Notes: generated by a model not told the origin, from the letters alone. Shown: positions 37,184 through 49,790, counted from the first letter of the stretch. The stretch is DNA of 64,000 nt from an uncultured Methylomirabilota bacterium (GCA_963705305.1 OY970067.1:3456001-3520000), one strand, 5' to 3'. Program-made: numbers and translations.

Positions 37184-39394
37184 ATGGACCAGGGGTTCGA
37201 CACCTCCTCCGCCCTTCAGCTGTTCGTGGCCGAGGCCCGGGAGCGCCTCGGGCGGATGAGCCACGCGCTGCTGGCCTTGGAGGCGCGGCCCGATGATCTG
37301 GAGGCCATCCGGCACATGCTCCACGAGGCGCACACGCTGAAGGGGGCGGCCCGGATGCTGGGGCTGACAGCCATCGGCACCCTGGCCCATCGGGTGGAGG
37401 ATGTTCTGTTGGCGGTCGAGGAGCACGCGCCTCCGCTGTCCGGTGAGACAGCCGATCTGGTCTTCGAGGCCTTGGACGCCCTGGGCGGAATGGTGGACGG
37501 CATCGGCCCGAACGCGCCGGAGCCGGATCTCGGCCCGCTGCTCCAGCGACTGGAAGTGGCGGCGGGAGGGCGGGCTCGGCCGAGGCAGTCTGCCCCGGCA
37601 GCGCCGGCCGAGGGACCGGCTCCCGGCCCTTCCGCGGCCCGGCCGGCGGAGCCCGCGGAGACCAGCGTTCGTGTAAGCCTGGAGAAGCTCGATCAGCTGG
37701 CCAACTTCGCCGTGGAGATGCTGGTCAGCCGCATGCGCGCGGCCGAGGCCCGGCGGGGCCTGCAAGAAGCCGTGCGGCTCAGCCGGGCCGGCCTCAAGCA
37801 GTGGCCGGCTCTGCGGGACAGTGTGATCCAGCCATCGGCAGGCGAACGGGCGGCCGAGCTGGTCCGGCAGGCGGAAGCCTGGAACCGGGATCTTCGGAAG
37901 GTGCTCGAGCGGGCCTGGGATGAGCTGGAAGAGGTGCGCGCGGAGCAGGGCCGGCTGGTGACCGAGCTGCGGAATCAGGTGATGGGCATTCGGATGCAGC
38001 CTCTCTCCGTGGTCTTCGAGGCGCTCCCGCGCGCCGTGCGGGACCTGGCGCGAGGGTTCGGCAAGGATGTCCAGCTCCTCCTCACCGGCGGCGAGGTGGA
38101 GTTGGACCGCCGGATCATCGAGGAGCTGCGGGAGCCGCTGCTGCATCTGATCCGGAACGCCCTGGATCACGGCCTGGAGGCGCCCTCGGTGCGGGTGGCT
38201 GCGGGCAAGCCCGCCAAGGGGCTCCTGGTCATCCGAGCCTGGCCCGCCGGGAATCGTGTGGTGGTGGAAGTCGAGGACGACGGAGCCGGCATGGATCCCG
38301 CCGTCCTGCGGGAGACGGCTGTCCGTCGGGGGCATCTGGACCAACAGACCGCCGCCGTCCTGAGCGATGCGGAGGCGCTGGATCTCATCTTCTCCCCCGG
38401 GTTCAGCACCAGCCGGCTCATCACCGATGTGTCGGGACGCGGAATCGGGATGGAGGTGGTTCGAAAGGTCGTCGACAGGCTCCGGGGCTATGCCGGTGTG
38501 GACAGCGTACCGGGGCGGGGAACCCGGATCACGCTGGATCTGCCGTTGAGCCTCGCCATGCTGCCGGCCCTCCTGGTTCGGGCCGGCGGGATTCCCTACG
38601 CGCTGCCCGCCACGGCGGTCGAGCGCGTGGCCAGGTTCCGCGCGGAGGAGCTGTCGCGCCTGCAAGGGCGGCGGGCGCTCTCCCTGGAGGGGGAGACGAT
38701 CCCGCTGGTGGACCTGGCTGCGCTCTTGGGCATGGCGCGGCCGGCGGGCGCGGCGGAGATCGGGCCGGCGGTCGTCCTACGGGCACGGGCTTCCCGGGTG
38801 GGTTTCGTGGTCGACGAGATCTGCGAGGAAGTTGAGGTCGTGCAAAGAGAGCTGGGAGCCTTTTTGAGCCGGGCCGAGGTGGCCGTCGGGGCGACGGTCC
38901 TGGGGAGCGGGGAGGTTGCCCTGATTCTGGATCCAGCCCGGCTGATTCGAGCCGCGCAGGGGGCTAGGACGGCTCCGCTGAATGCGCCCGCCGTCCCGCC
39001 TGAGGAGGCTGCGCGCCTGCTGCTGGTGGAGGATTCGCTCATTGCGCGGGACCTGCAGCGGACGATCCTGGAGTCGGCCGGCTACCGGGTGACCGTGGCC
39101 CTGGACGGGATGGATGCTCTGGAGAAGCTGCGGGCGGAAGCCTATGCCGCGGTTGTCACCGATGTCGAGATGCCGCGGATGGACGGCTTCGAGCTCTTGG
39201 CGTGGATCCGGGCCCAGGAGGCCACGCGGGAGCTCCCCGTGGTGGTCGTCACCAGCCGGGAGCGTCCGGAGGACCGTCGCCGCGGTTTGGAGCTGGGCGC
39301 CGACGCCTATATCTTGAAAAGCAGCTTCGACCAGTCCAGTCTCCTGGACACCCTCCGACTGCTGGTCGGGGGCGCAAGCCGGGTGGGCGGATGA
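37184..39394 (+). CDS. cheA: CheA-receiver hybrid histidine kinase (WspE/FrzE-like)
   Basis: Hpt AHTLKGAA; HLIRNALDHG; DDGAG; PGFST..VSGRGIGM; CheW domain; C-terminal receiver. Confidence 0.93.
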   Translation: MDQGFDTSSALQLFVAEARERLGRMSHALLALEARPDDLEAIRHMLHEAHTLKGAARMLGLTAIGTLAHRVEDVLLAVEEHAPPLSGETADLVFEALDALGGMVDGIGPNAPEPDLGPLLQRLEVAAGGRARPRQSAPAAPAEGPAPGPSAARPAEPAETSVRVSLEKLDQLANFAVEMLVSRMRAAEARRGLQEAVRLSRAGLKQWPALRDSVIQPSAGERAAELVRQAEAWNRDLRKVLERAWDELEEVRAEQGRLVTELRNQVMGIRMQPLSVVFEALPRAVRDLARGFGKDVQLLLTGGEVELDRRIIEELREPLLHLIRNALDHGLEAPSVRVAAGKPAKGLLVIRAWPAGNRVVVEVEDDGAGMDPAVLRETAVRRGHLDQQTAAVLSDAEALDLIFSPGFSTSRLITDVSGRGIGMEVVRKVVDRLRGYAGVDSVPGRGTRITLDLPLSLAMLPALLVRAGGIPYALPATAVERVARFRAEELSRLQGRRALSLEGETIPLVDLAALLGMARPAGAAEIGPAVVLRARASRVGFVVDEICEEVEVVQRELGAFLSRAEVAVGATVLGSGEVALILDPARLIRAAQGARTAPLNAPAVPPEEAARLLLVEDSLIARDLQRTILESAGYRVTVALDGMDALEKLRAEAYAAVVTDVEMPRMDGFELLAWIRAQEATRELPVVVVTSRERPEDRRRGLELGADAYILKSSFDQSSLLDTLRLLVGGASRVGG

Positions 39395-40449
39395 ACGGCG
39401 CGGGCTCCCCCATCCGGGTCCTCGTCGTGGATGACTCGTCCGTGGCCCGTCATGTGCTCGGGCGGCTGCTGGAGAGCGATCCCGGGGTCCGGGTTGTCGG
39501 CTACGCCGCCGACGGGAACGAGGCTGTGCAGAAGACCATGGCCCTCCGGCCGGACCTGATCACCATGGACATCCGCATGCCCGGGATGGACGGCCTCGAG
39601 GCCACGGAAAAGATCATGGCGTATCAGCCCACCCCCATCCTGGTGGTCACCTCCTCCCGGGACCGTCGCGGAGTCCAGATCACGATGGAGGCGCTTGCCG
39701 TCGGGGCGGTGGAGGTGGTGGAGAAGCCCTCGGTCCATCCGGACGATTCCTGGGGCACGCTGGGCGCCCAGCTGGTAGAGAAGGTCAAGCTCCTGGCGAA
39801 GGTGAAGGTGATCACCCATCTCAAGGGGCGGACCCGCCACTTGCTTGGGCGGCTGCGACCGGCCGACCGGGAGAAGGTCCATCGAGTTGTCGGCGTCGGG
39901 GTCTCCACGGGAGGCCCCGGCGTCCTGGCGAAGATCCTCAGGGCCCTGCCCGCCGATTTCTCCCTCGGCCTCGTTGTCGTTCAGCACATGACCGACGGCT
40001 TCACGGCCGGCCTGGCGGACTGGCTGGGCCGCGAAACCCGACTGCCCATCCGCCTCGCTCGCGAGGGGGATGGGCTGAAGCCCGGGCTGGTCTGCGTCGC
40101 TCCGGAGGGGGCGCATCTCGTGGTCGAGCGAAGCGGGCGGCTGCACTTGAGCCGGGCGCTTCCGGTCGGAGGACACCGCCCGTCGGCGGATGTTCTCCTC
40201 CGCTCTCTGGCGGAGGCCTATGGACACGAGGCGATCGGGGTGTTGCTGACGGGGATGGGGCGGGATGGGGCCGAAGGGTTGAAGGCGATCCGGGATGTCG
40301 GCGGCCACACCATCGTCCAGGATGAGGAGAGCTGCGCCATCTTCGGCATGCCCAAGGCGGCCATCGAGCTGGGCGCGGCACGGGAGGTGCTCCCACCCGC
40401 AGGCATCGCGGAGCGCCTTCTGCAGCTGGCCCGCCAGGGAGTGGGATGA
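39391..40449 (+). CDS. cheB: Protein-glutamate methylesterase
   Basis: Receiver domain plus GVSTGG, VQHM, RPSAD, LTGMGRDGA. Confidence 0.95.
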   Translation: MNGAGSPIRVLVVDDSSVARHVLGRLLESDPGVRVVGYAADGNEAVQKTMALRPDLITMDIRMPGMDGLEATEKIMAYQPTPILVVTSSRDRRGVQITMEALAVGAVEVVEKPSVHPDDSWGTLGAQLVEKVKLLAKVKVITHLKGRTRHLLGRLRPADREKVHRVVGVGVSTGGPGVLAKILRALPADFSLGLVVVQHMTDGFTAGLADWLGRETRLPIRLAREGDGLKPGLVCVAPEGAHLVVERSGRLHLSRALPVGGHRPSADVLLRSLAEAYGHEAIGVLLTGMGRDGAEGLKAIRDVGGHTIVQDEESCAIFGMPKAAIELGAAREVLPPAGIAERLLQLARQGVG

Positions 40450-41912
40450 GCTCTCTCGCCGCATTTGCCGGGAGGGAATTCGAAGCCTTCCGGGACCTGG
40501 TTCGGAACGGTGCGGGCTTGCAGTTCGACGAGAGCCGGCGCGAGGCGCTGCGCCTGGCCGTCCGAGCGCGCGCGACGGCATGTGGCGACAAGACATTCCA
40601 GGACTACCTGGCCCGTCTCCGAGGCCCGGGACAGGCCGTGGAGCTTTCCCGCCTGCTGGATCTCCTCACCATCCAGGAGACCTATTTCTTCCGCAACCCC
40701 GAGCACTTCCAGGCGCTGGCCGAGAGGATTCTCCCTCACCCGCATGCGCCGTCCAGCCGGCAGCCCATCCGCATCTGGAGCGCCGGCTGTGCGACCGGGG
40801 AAGAGCCGTACTCGATTGCGCTCACCCTGTTGGAGGCGGGAATGCGCGGGGCCGAGGTGGTCGGAACGGATGTGAGCGAGACGGCCCTGGAGATCGCGCG
40901 GAGGGGTCGCTACGGCCGGCGGGCTGTGCGCCTGGTCCCGGAGCCTCTGTTGGCCCGCTACTTCACGACGGAAGGGGACCGGTACGTGGTGGGGGAGGCC
41001 GTACGCAGCCTGGTTCGCTTCGAGCATCTGAACTTGATTCAAGAGCCGTTTCCGGTGTCGCGCTTCGCCGGCTGCCACGCGATCTTCTGTCGAAACGTTC
41101 TCATCTACCTGGCGCCGGAGAGCGTTCGACGTCTGGTCGTGCTTCTGGCCCAGTGCCTGGCCCCCGGGCACGCGCTCTTTCTCGGGGCCTCGGAAACCCT
41201 CTGGCAGCTGAGCGACGAGTTCGAGCTGGTGGAATGGGCGGGGAGCTTTTACTATCGCAGGCGGGCGCCGGTTTCCGCCCCAGGGCCTCCGGCTGATCGG
41301 GCGGCCGCTCCGCAGATTCTGACGCCGCCCGCGCCGCGAACATCAAGGGAGCGGCGCCGCCGGGCGCCTGCCCCGCCGCCGCCCCCCAAGTCGGGGCTCG
41401 AGCAGGCGGTGGAGGCCATCCGAGCGGGGGATGTGCAAGCGGCGTCGGCCGTGTTGGAGGCTGCGGCCGCCGGGCCGGAGGCAGATGCGGAGAGCCTGAT
41501 CCTCCTGGGATATCTGCGTCTCTGTGCGGGGAGCACGGAAGCGGCTGCCGAGCTCGCCCGGCGCGCCCGGTCGATGCAGCCCTGCTGCGCCGACACGCAT
41601 GTGCTCGAGGGCCTGATCGCCAGAGAAGAGGGGAGGGAGGCGGCGGCCGTGGCTGCTTTCAAGCGGGCCCTGTATCTGCAGCCGGCCTCTGCCCTGGCCC
41701 GCTATCAGCTGGCCCAGCACTTCGCGCATTGCGGCGATCGCCGGAAAGCCGAGCGGGAGGCGGCAGAGGCGATTCGCCTGCTGGATGCGGGGGCGGCTCC
41801 GTCCGTGCTGTCGGCCGCCTATCCCGCGGAATCTCTTCGCCGTGCGTGCTGCCTGACGCGTGAGAGGGTGCAGGCTGCCGTCAGCCCCGAGCTGTCTGCG
41901 GGGACAGGGTAA
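40446..41912 (+). CDS. cheR: CheR methyltransferase with C-terminal TPRs (WspC/FrzF-like)
   Basis: ETYFFR, RIWSAGCATGEEPYS, IFCRNVLIY, LGASE; TPR tail FKRALYL.P. Confidence 0.92.
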   Translation: MSSLAAFAGREFEAFRDLVRNGAGLQFDESRREALRLAVRARATACGDKTFQDYLARLRGPGQAVELSRLLDLLTIQETYFFRNPEHFQALAERILPHPHAPSSRQPIRIWSAGCATGEEPYSIALTLLEAGMRGAEVVGTDVSETALEIARRGRYGRRAVRLVPEPLLARYFTTEGDRYVVGEAVRSLVRFEHLNLIQEPFPVSRFAGCHAIFCRNVLIYLAPESVRRLVVLLAQCLAPGHALFLGASETLWQLSDEFELVEWAGSFYYRRRAPVSAPGPPADRAAAPQILTPPAPRTSRERRRRAPAPPPPPKSGLEQAVEAIRAGDVQAASAVLEAAAAGPEADAESLILLGYLRLCAGSTEAAAELARRARSMQPCCADTHVLEGLIAREEGREAAAVAAFKRALYLQPASALARYQLAQHFAHCGDRRKAEREAAEAIRLLDAGAAPSVLSAAYPAESLRRACCLTRERVQAAVSPELSAGTG

Positions 41913-42045
41913 GAGCCGGGCCCACGATTCCGCGTCGGTCCGCTCCAGCGGCGTAGGAATAGGTGTGAAGAGACGCATCGCACGCGCATAGATCGGCGCA
42001 GGCCGGCAGTCCGGTGCGGGTCAACCGGAGATAGAGACGGGATCC

Positions 42046-42459
42046 ATGTGGAAGGCCAAGATCCTGATCGTCGAGGACAGCCAGAGCGTCTCCCAGCTGC
42101 TTGCCGACGCCTTCCGATTCGACGACTTCGAGGTCCTACAGGCCTATACCGCGGTCGATGGGCTCCGGCTCGCCGGGGAGGAGGTGCCGGACGTCATCCT
42201 CATGGATATCCAGCTGCCCGACGTGGATGGGCTCACGGCGGCGCAGGCCTTGAAAAATGATCAGGTCACCAAGCACATTCCCATCGTGGCCATGACGGCC
42301 CACGATATCATCGGGGATCAGGCCAGGCTCATGAGCCGGATCTGCGTGGGCTACATCCAGAAGCCCATCCTCACGCGGGATCTCCTGAATCTAATCTCGG
42401 CCGTTCTCAGGCTGCCTGGGGATCAGGGGCCTCCCACCCGCCGACACCGACCCGCTTAG
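42046..42459 (+). CDS. Single-domain response regulator
   Basis: ILIVED..PDVILMDIQLP.VDG..IPIVAMTA..YIQKP. Confidence 0.9.
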   Translation: MWKAKILIVEDSQSVSQLLADAFRFDDFEVLQAYTAVDGLRLAGEEVPDVILMDIQLPDVDGLTAAQALKNDQVTKHIPIVAMTAHDIIGDQARLMSRICVGYIQKPILTRDLLNLISAVLRLPGDQGPPTRRHRPA

Positions 42460-42581
42460 AGCCATAGCAGGAACGCGAGCACGCTCGTACAGCTCCGCAA
42501 GACAATTAAAGTTTCTTTGTTTTTCTATAGATCGCAAGGAAGTATTTCGTAACATATTGAATTTATTTATAGCACTTAAAG

Positions 42582-42611
42582 CTTGACATATATAGGCTCA
42601 AGTTTTATATT
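42582..42611 (+). promoter_or_regulatory. clpB promoter with an overlapping HAIR-like (HspR) operator
   Basis: TTGACA-17-TATATT; CTTGACA-N7-GCTCAAG versus HAIR consensus CTTGAGT-N7-ACTCAAG. Confidence 0.65.
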
Positions 42612-42660
42612 ACTTATCGTATAAATGTAGAAGATCGATTCAAATCGAGAGGAGCATACA

Positions 42661-45270
42661 GTGCGTTTCGACCAGTTTACCTTCAAAGTGCAAGAGGCAA
42701 TCCAGGCGGCGCAGAAGGCCGCCGAGGAGATGCAGCACCAGGCCGTGGATGTGGAGCATCTGCTTCTGGCCTTGACGGAACAGGAAGAAGGCATCCTCCT
42801 GCCCGTGCTCCAGAAGGTCGGGGCCGGCCCCAAGCAAATCGCCAGCTCCCTGCGCCAGGAGCTGGGGAAGCTGCCCAAGGTGTACGGGCCGAGCCAAGTC
42901 TACATGACCCCGCGCCTCAACGAGGTGTTCCGGCGCGCGCAGGAGGAGGCGGCCCGTCTCAAGGACGAGTACGTCGGGGGCGAGCATCTGCTCTTGGGAA
43001 TCCTCGGCGACGCCTCGGGCGTGGCCGGGCAGGTCCTCAAGTCGGCCGGCGTCCGCAAGGATGGCGTCTACGCGGCCCTGCAGTCGGTGCGGGGAGGCCA
43101 GCGGATCACCGATCCCAATCCGGAAGAGAAGTACCAGGCGCTCCAGCGGTACAGCCGGGACCTGACCGACCTGGCCCAGAAGGGCAAACTGGATCCGGTC
43201 ATCGGCCGCGACGAGGAGATCCGGCGGGTGATCCAGGTGTTGTCGCGCCGGACCAAGAACAATCCCGTCCTCATCGGCGAGCCCGGCGTCGGGAAGACCG
43301 CCATCGTGGAGGGGCTGGCGGACCGGATCATCCGGGGCGACGTGCCGGAGTCCCTCAAGGAAAAGCGGGTGGTGGCCCTGGACCTGGGTGCGCTGGTGGC
43401 GGGCACCAAGTATCGCGGGGAGTTCGAGGATCGGCTGAAGGCGCTGCTCAAAGAGGTGACGCAGGCCGAGGGGCGGATCATCCTGTTCATCGACGAGTTG
43501 CACACGCTGGTCGGCGCCGGGGCGGCCGAGGGGGCCGTGGACGCCAGCAACATGCTCAAGCCGTCGCTGGCGCGGGGCGAGCTGCGCTGCGTGGGGGCGA
43601 CGACCCTGGACGAATACCGGAAGCGAATCGAGAAGGACGCCGCCCTAGAGCGGCGGTTCCAGCCCATCGTGGTCCGGCAGCCCAGCGTGGAGGACACCAT
43701 CTCGATTCTCCGCGGCCTGCGGGAGCGGTACGAGGTCCATCACGGAGTGCGGATCAAGGACGCCGCCCTGGTGGCGGCGGCGACCCTCTCCCACCGCTAC
43801 ATCACCGACCGCTTTCTGCCCGACAAGGCGATCGACCTAGTGGACGAGGCCGCCAGCATGCTGCGCATGGAGATGGACAGCCTGCCCACCGAGCTAGACG
43901 AGGTGGAGCGCAAGCTCCGTCAGTTCGGCATCGAGCGGGAGGCCATGAAGCGGGAGACCGATCCGGACACGCTGGAGCGCCTGACGCGCCTGGAGGCCGA
44001 GGTGGCCGAGCTGGAGCAGCGCCGGGACGAGCTGCGGAGCCGCTGGGACCGGGAGAAGACCAGCATCCAGCGCATCCGGGCCTTGAAGGAGCAGATCGAG
44101 GCCGCCCGCCTGGAGGCGGAGAAGGCCGAGCGGGAGGGCGACCTGGGCCGGGTCGCCGAGATCCGGTACGGCACGCTGACGGGCCTCACCAAAGAGCTCA
44201 AGGCCGAGCAGGAGGCCCTGTCGTCCCGGCAGGTGCAGGAGCGGATGCTGAAGGAAGAGGTGGACGAGGAGGACATCGCCAAGGTGGTCTCCCGCTGGAC
44301 GGGGATCCCGGTGGCCAAGATGCTGACCACCGAGGCCCAGAAGCTCCTGAGCATGGAAGATCGCCTGAGCGAGCGGGTGGTGGGGCAGGCGGAGGCCATC
44401 CTGGCCGTGTCGAGCGCCATCCGGCGCGCGCGGGCCGGGCTCCAGGACGAGAACCGGCCCCTGGGCTCGTTCCTGTTCCTGGGACCGACCGGGGTGGGCA
44501 AGACGGAGCTGGCGCGGGCTCTGGCGGAGTTTTTGTTCGACGACGAGCGGGCCCTGGTTCGCTTGGACATGTCGGAGTTCATGGAGAAGCACTCGGTGGC
44601 CCGCCTGATCGGCGCCCCGCCCGGCTACGTCGGGTACGAGGAGGGGGGGTATCTGACCGAGGCAGTGCGCCGCCGGCCCTATGCCGTCCTGCTCTTCGAC
44701 GAGATGGAGAAGGCCCACGCCGATGTGTTCAACATCCTCCTGCAGGTGCTGGACGAGGGACGGCTCACCGACGGCCAGGGGCGGACGGTGGACTTCAAGA
44801 ACAGCATCATCATCATGACCTCCAACCTGGGCAGCCAGTACATCCAAGAGGACGAGGACGAGGAGACCATCCGGAGGAAGGTCGGCGACCTGCTGAAGAC
44901 GGCGTTCCGTCCGGAATTTCTGAACCGCGTGGATGAGACCGTCATCTTCCACCGGCTCTCGCTGCCGCAGATCGCGCAGATCGTGCGCATCCAGCTCCGG
45001 CACCTGCAGCGCCGGCTGGCCGGGCGCAAGCTGGAGTTGGAGGTCGGCGATCGGGCGCGCGAGTTCCTGGCGCGGGAGGGATTCGATCCGGTGTATGGCG
45101 CCCGGCCGCTCAAGCGGGCGATCCAGCGCCTCATCCAGGATCCCCTGGCGCGCCGGGTGCTGGAGGGCGAGTTCCAGGAGGGCGACCGCATCGAGGCCGA
45201 CCTCGACGGAAGCGAGATCGTGTTCCGCCGCGTCGCGGCCGGGTCCGTGGCATCCGGCGACACCCGGTAA
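42661..45270 (+). CDS. clpB: Chaperone ClpB
   Basis: Two AAA+ domains ([16 protein letters not shown]), long middle coiled coil, GAPPGYVG. Confidence 0.97.
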   Translation: MRFDQFTFKVQEAIQAAQKAAEEMQHQAVDVEHLLLALTEQEEGILLPVLQKVGAGPKQIASSLRQELGKLPKVYGPSQVYMTPRLNEVFRRAQEEAARLKDEYVGGEHLLLGILGDASGVAGQVLKSAGVRKDGVYAALQSVRGGQRITDPNPEEKYQALQRYSRDLTDLAQKGKLDPVIGRDEEIRRVIQVLSRRTKNNPVLIGEPGVGKTAIVEGLADRIIRGDVPESLKEKRVVALDLGALVAGTKYRGEFEDRLKALLKEVTQAEGRIILFIDELHTLVGAGAAEGAVDASNMLKPSLARGELRCVGATTLDEYRKRIEKDAALERRFQPIVVRQPSVEDTISILRGLRERYEVHHGVRIKDAALVAAATLSHRYITDRFLPDKAIDLVDEAASMLRMEMDSLPTELDEVERKLRQFGIEREAMKRETDPDTLERLTRLEAEVAELEQRRDELRSRWDREKTSIQRIRALKEQIEAARLEAEKAEREGDLGRVAEIRYGTLTGLTKELKAEQEALSSRQVQERMLKEEVDEEDIAKVVSRWTGIPVAKMLTTEAQKLLSMEDRLSERVVGQAEAILAVSSAIRRARAGLQDENRPLGSFLFLGPTGVGKTELARALAEFLFDDERALVRLDMSEFMEKHSVARLIGAPPGYVGYEEGGYLTEAVRRRPYAVLLFDEMEKAHADVFNILLQVLDEGRLTDGQGRTVDFKNSIIIMTSNLGSQYIQEDEDEETIRRKVGDLLKTAFRPEFLNRVDETVIFHRLSLPQIAQIVRIQLRHLQRRLAGRKLELEVGDRAREFLAREGFDPVYGARPLKRAIQRLIQDPLARRVLEGEFQEGDRIEADLDGSEIVFRRVAAGSVASGDTR

Positions 45271-45449
45271 CACGCCGATCGCCGCCTGCCGCACCGCTGG
45301 GTTCCGTTCCGCCGCCCTCTCGGCTCTCCAGCCGGGAGGGCGGTCGTGTCTGGGCCGCCCCGCGAAGCCGGGTTTTCCATTGACGCTCCCAGGGGGCTTC
45401 AGTAAGCTCGCCCGGAAACGCCGGAGCAGGCGGACGGAGCGGGAGGAGC

Positions 45450-46883
45450 ATGAGTGCGGTGAGCGTGGTCAACTGCGTGGCACGAGGGCTCGGCGAGGTC
45501 GGGGTCCGGCCGGGAGAGCGTCTGGTCGTGGCCGTATCGGGCGGTGTTGATTCCATGGTCCTCCTGGACTCCCTGTGGCGACTGCAGGACCGCCTGGGCC
45601 TCCGGCTGCACGTGGCGCATGTCCATCACGGCCTGCGGGGAAAGGCGGCGGATGCGGATGCGGCCTTCGTCATCGCCGAGGCCGCCCGCCGGGGCCTGGG
45701 CGCGACCGTGGAGCGGCTGGCGCCCGCGGAGCGAGGCCGGGGAACGTCGCTTGAGCTCTGGGCCCGGGAGGCGCGCTACCGCTGCCTGGAGGCCGTCCGA
45801 AAGAAGGTGCGGGGCTCGCGCCTCGTGACGGCCCACACGCAAAACGATCAGGCCGAGACGCTCCTGCTGAACCTGCTGCGCGGGACCGGCCCCCGCGGCC
45901 TCGCGGGGATCCCCAAGAGCCGGGAGCGCATCATCCGGCCGCTCTTGGCGGTGTCGCGAGCCGAGGTGGAGGCCTACGCCGCCTCCCGCCGGGTGGCCTT
46001 TTGCCAGGACGCCTCCAACGCCTCGGATGCGTATCGGCGGAACCGCATCCGGCATCACCTGCTTCCCCAGCTGGCCAAGGAGTACAATCCGCGGCTGGTC
46101 GAGTCGCTGGCCGCGTTGGCTGCGCTCGTGTCCGAGGACGAGCAGGTGCTCAGCGCCGCCGCCGCGAGACTGGAGGCGAAGGCGGTGCAGCTCTCCGCCG
46201 CCGGTGCCTCCGTAGAGGCGGCGGCGGTCCGCAGCGCGCCGCCGGCCCTGGTGCGCCGGGTGTTCCAGGAGCTTTTCCGCCGGCTCACCCGCGAGCAGCA
46301 CGCGCTCACGCGCCGCCACCTGGCCGCCCTGCAGCACCTCGTGATCTCCGACGGCACGGTTCGGCTGCCGGGCGGCCTGCGGGGATGGCGGGCCGGCGGC
46401 GTCATCCGCATCGCGGCGGGCGGGGAAGACCGCGCGGAGAGGCGATCGGATGCGGCGGAGCGTCCGCTCCGCCCGGGCGCCTGGGTGCGGTGGAAGCCTC
46501 TGGACTGCTGGATCAGACTGCGCCGGGTCCCCGCCGGAAGCGCCCCGTCGCGATGGAAGGCGCGGGGGACCCTGCTGAGTCCCCGGCTGCTGGAGTTGCC
46601 GCTCCGGCTGCGCGCGTGGCGGCCGGGCGATCGCTTTCGGCCGTCGGGTCTGGGCGGGCGGAAGAAGCTCCAGGATTTCTTTATGGACCTGAAGGTCCCG
46701 CGGCAAAAGCGCGATCGGGTTCCGCTGATCCTGGCGGGGGACCGGATTGCCTGGGTGGCCGGCTACCGAGCGGCGGAGGAGTTCTGCTGGCACGGCGAGT
46801 CCACGGCGTGTCTGGGGGAGATTCGGTATGCGGAGCGAGAAGATGCCCTACCGGCTGGGCCCGGTTCTGATCACCGAGGCTGA
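45450..46883 (+). CDS. tilS: tRNA(Ile)-lysidine synthetase
   Basis: AVSGGVDS, H.HHGLRG, AR..RY, TAH..NDQAET, RNRIR, KKLQDFF.D.KVP; promoter TTGACG-17-TAAGCT at 45380. Confidence 0.95.
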   Translation: MSAVSVVNCVARGLGEVGVRPGERLVVAVSGGVDSMVLLDSLWRLQDRLGLRLHVAHVHHGLRGKAADADAAFVIAEAARRGLGATVERLAPAERGRGTSLELWAREARYRCLEAVRKKVRGSRLVTAHTQNDQAETLLLNLLRGTGPRGLAGIPKSRERIIRPLLAVSRAEVEAYAASRRVAFCQDASNASDAYRRNRIRHHLLPQLAKEYNPRLVESLAALAALVSEDEQVLSAAAARLEAKAVQLSAAGASVEAAAVRSAPPALVRRVFQELFRRLTREQHALTRRHLAALQHLVISDGTVRLPGGLRGWRAGGVIRIAAGGEDRAERRSDAAERPLRPGAWVRWKPLDCWIRLRRVPAGSAPSRWKARGTLLSPRLLELPLRLRAWRPGDRFRPSGLGGRKKLQDFFMDLKVPRQKRDRVPLILAGDRIAWVAGYRAAEEFCWHGESTACLGEIRYAEREDALPAGPGSDHRG

Positions 46884-47385
46884 GATCCGCACCCGGGTGG
46901 AGGAGCTGGCGGCGGCCATCTCGCGCGACTACGCGGAGCGGAACCTGCTCTTGATCTGCGTCCTGAAAGGGGCCGCTATCTTCTGGGCCGACCTGTGCCG
47001 GGCCCTGCAGATCCCGTGTCAGAGCGATTTCGTGGCCATGGAGAGCTACGCCAGCGCCACCAGCCCGCTGGGAGAGCCGCGCTTCACCAAAGCCGCCGAT
47101 GTGGATCTGGCGGGGCGGGACGTGCTCATCGTAGAAGACATCATCGACACCGGCCACACCTGGGCGCGCCTTCGAGCGCTGCTGCAGGCCCGGGGTCCGC
47201 GGAGCGTGGCCATGTGCGCGCTTCTGGATAAAGTCGAGCGGCGCGAGGTCCCGGTCCCCATCGAGTATTCCGGCTTTGTCATTCCCAATGTCTTCGTCGT
47301 CGGCTACGGCCTGGACTACGCCCAGCAGTACCGCCATCTGCCCCACATCGCCACCCTCCAGCCGGAGCCGTCGCTCTCCCCATGA
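46828..47385 (+). CDS. hpt: Hypoxanthine phosphoribosyltransferase
   Basis: VLKGA, VLIVEDIIDTG.T, FVVGYGLDY..YR.LP. Confidence 0.93.
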   Translation: MRSEKMPYRLGPVLITEAEIRTRVEELAAAISRDYAERNLLLICVLKGAAIFWADLCRALQIPCQSDFVAMESYASATSPLGEPRFTKAADVDLAGRDVLIVEDIIDTGHTWARLRALLQARGPRSVAMCALLDKVERREVPVPIEYSGFVIPNVFVVGYGLDYAQQYRHLPHIATLQPEPSLSP

Positions 47386-47391
47386 TCCGGA

Positions 47392-47500
47392 GAGCAAAGG
47401 GCAAAGAGCAAGAAGCTGAGGGCCAAGGGCGGCGGCGATGGGACCGGGTCATTGGTCCGGGACCAGGCCCACGCTTTGCTCTATGCGCCATGCTCTGCGC
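47392..47500. repeat. Inverted pair of degenerate heptamer tandem arrays
   Basis: GAGCAAA GGGCAAA GAGCAAG AAGCTGA GGGCCAA ... CGCTTTG CTCTATG CGCCATG CTCTGCG. Confidence 0.6.
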
Positions 47501-47632
47501 GGTGCACCTGGCGTGGGGCGGCGCTCCGAAGCCCTGGAAATCGTATGTTTCCTGTTGTCTTTCGCCCTATCTCATGGTACAAATTCCTTGAAATTTTGAA
47601 GGAAGAGTCTGCCCCGTCGAAGGAGAGTCGGT

Positions 47633-49453
<1,821 letters not shown>

Positions 49454-49790
49454 CCTTCTCTGCCGCCCGCGGGCGTTGTGGTTGCGCCGGGGGATGGAAC
49501 GTCCACACCGCCAGAATCGGAAGACCAATGGGCCAAGGGCTCCTCGCCACCCGGGGGATCCGGACGGGCGTCTCGTGCCCACACGCCCCGGCGGGCCGGG
49601 TGATTGATCGGTCCGTCGGCTCCTCTCGCCTTGGTGTCTTCCCTTCGCTCTGCCTGCTATATCCCGCGTCGAAGCGTCTCCCGTTTCCAGAGGGCCGGGG
49701 CGGACCGGCTCGGGCCGCGTGCCACCGGCCCGCGCGCGGATCGTCGCCGGAGAAGGTGGTGCCGCAGAAAGCGGGCGAGAGGGGAAGACG

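Noticed and set aside
42568..42596. CIRCE (HrcA) element upstream of clpB
   Set aside because: Only a left-arm-like TAGCACT is present, with no GAGTGCTAA at 9-bp spacing; HAIR fits better
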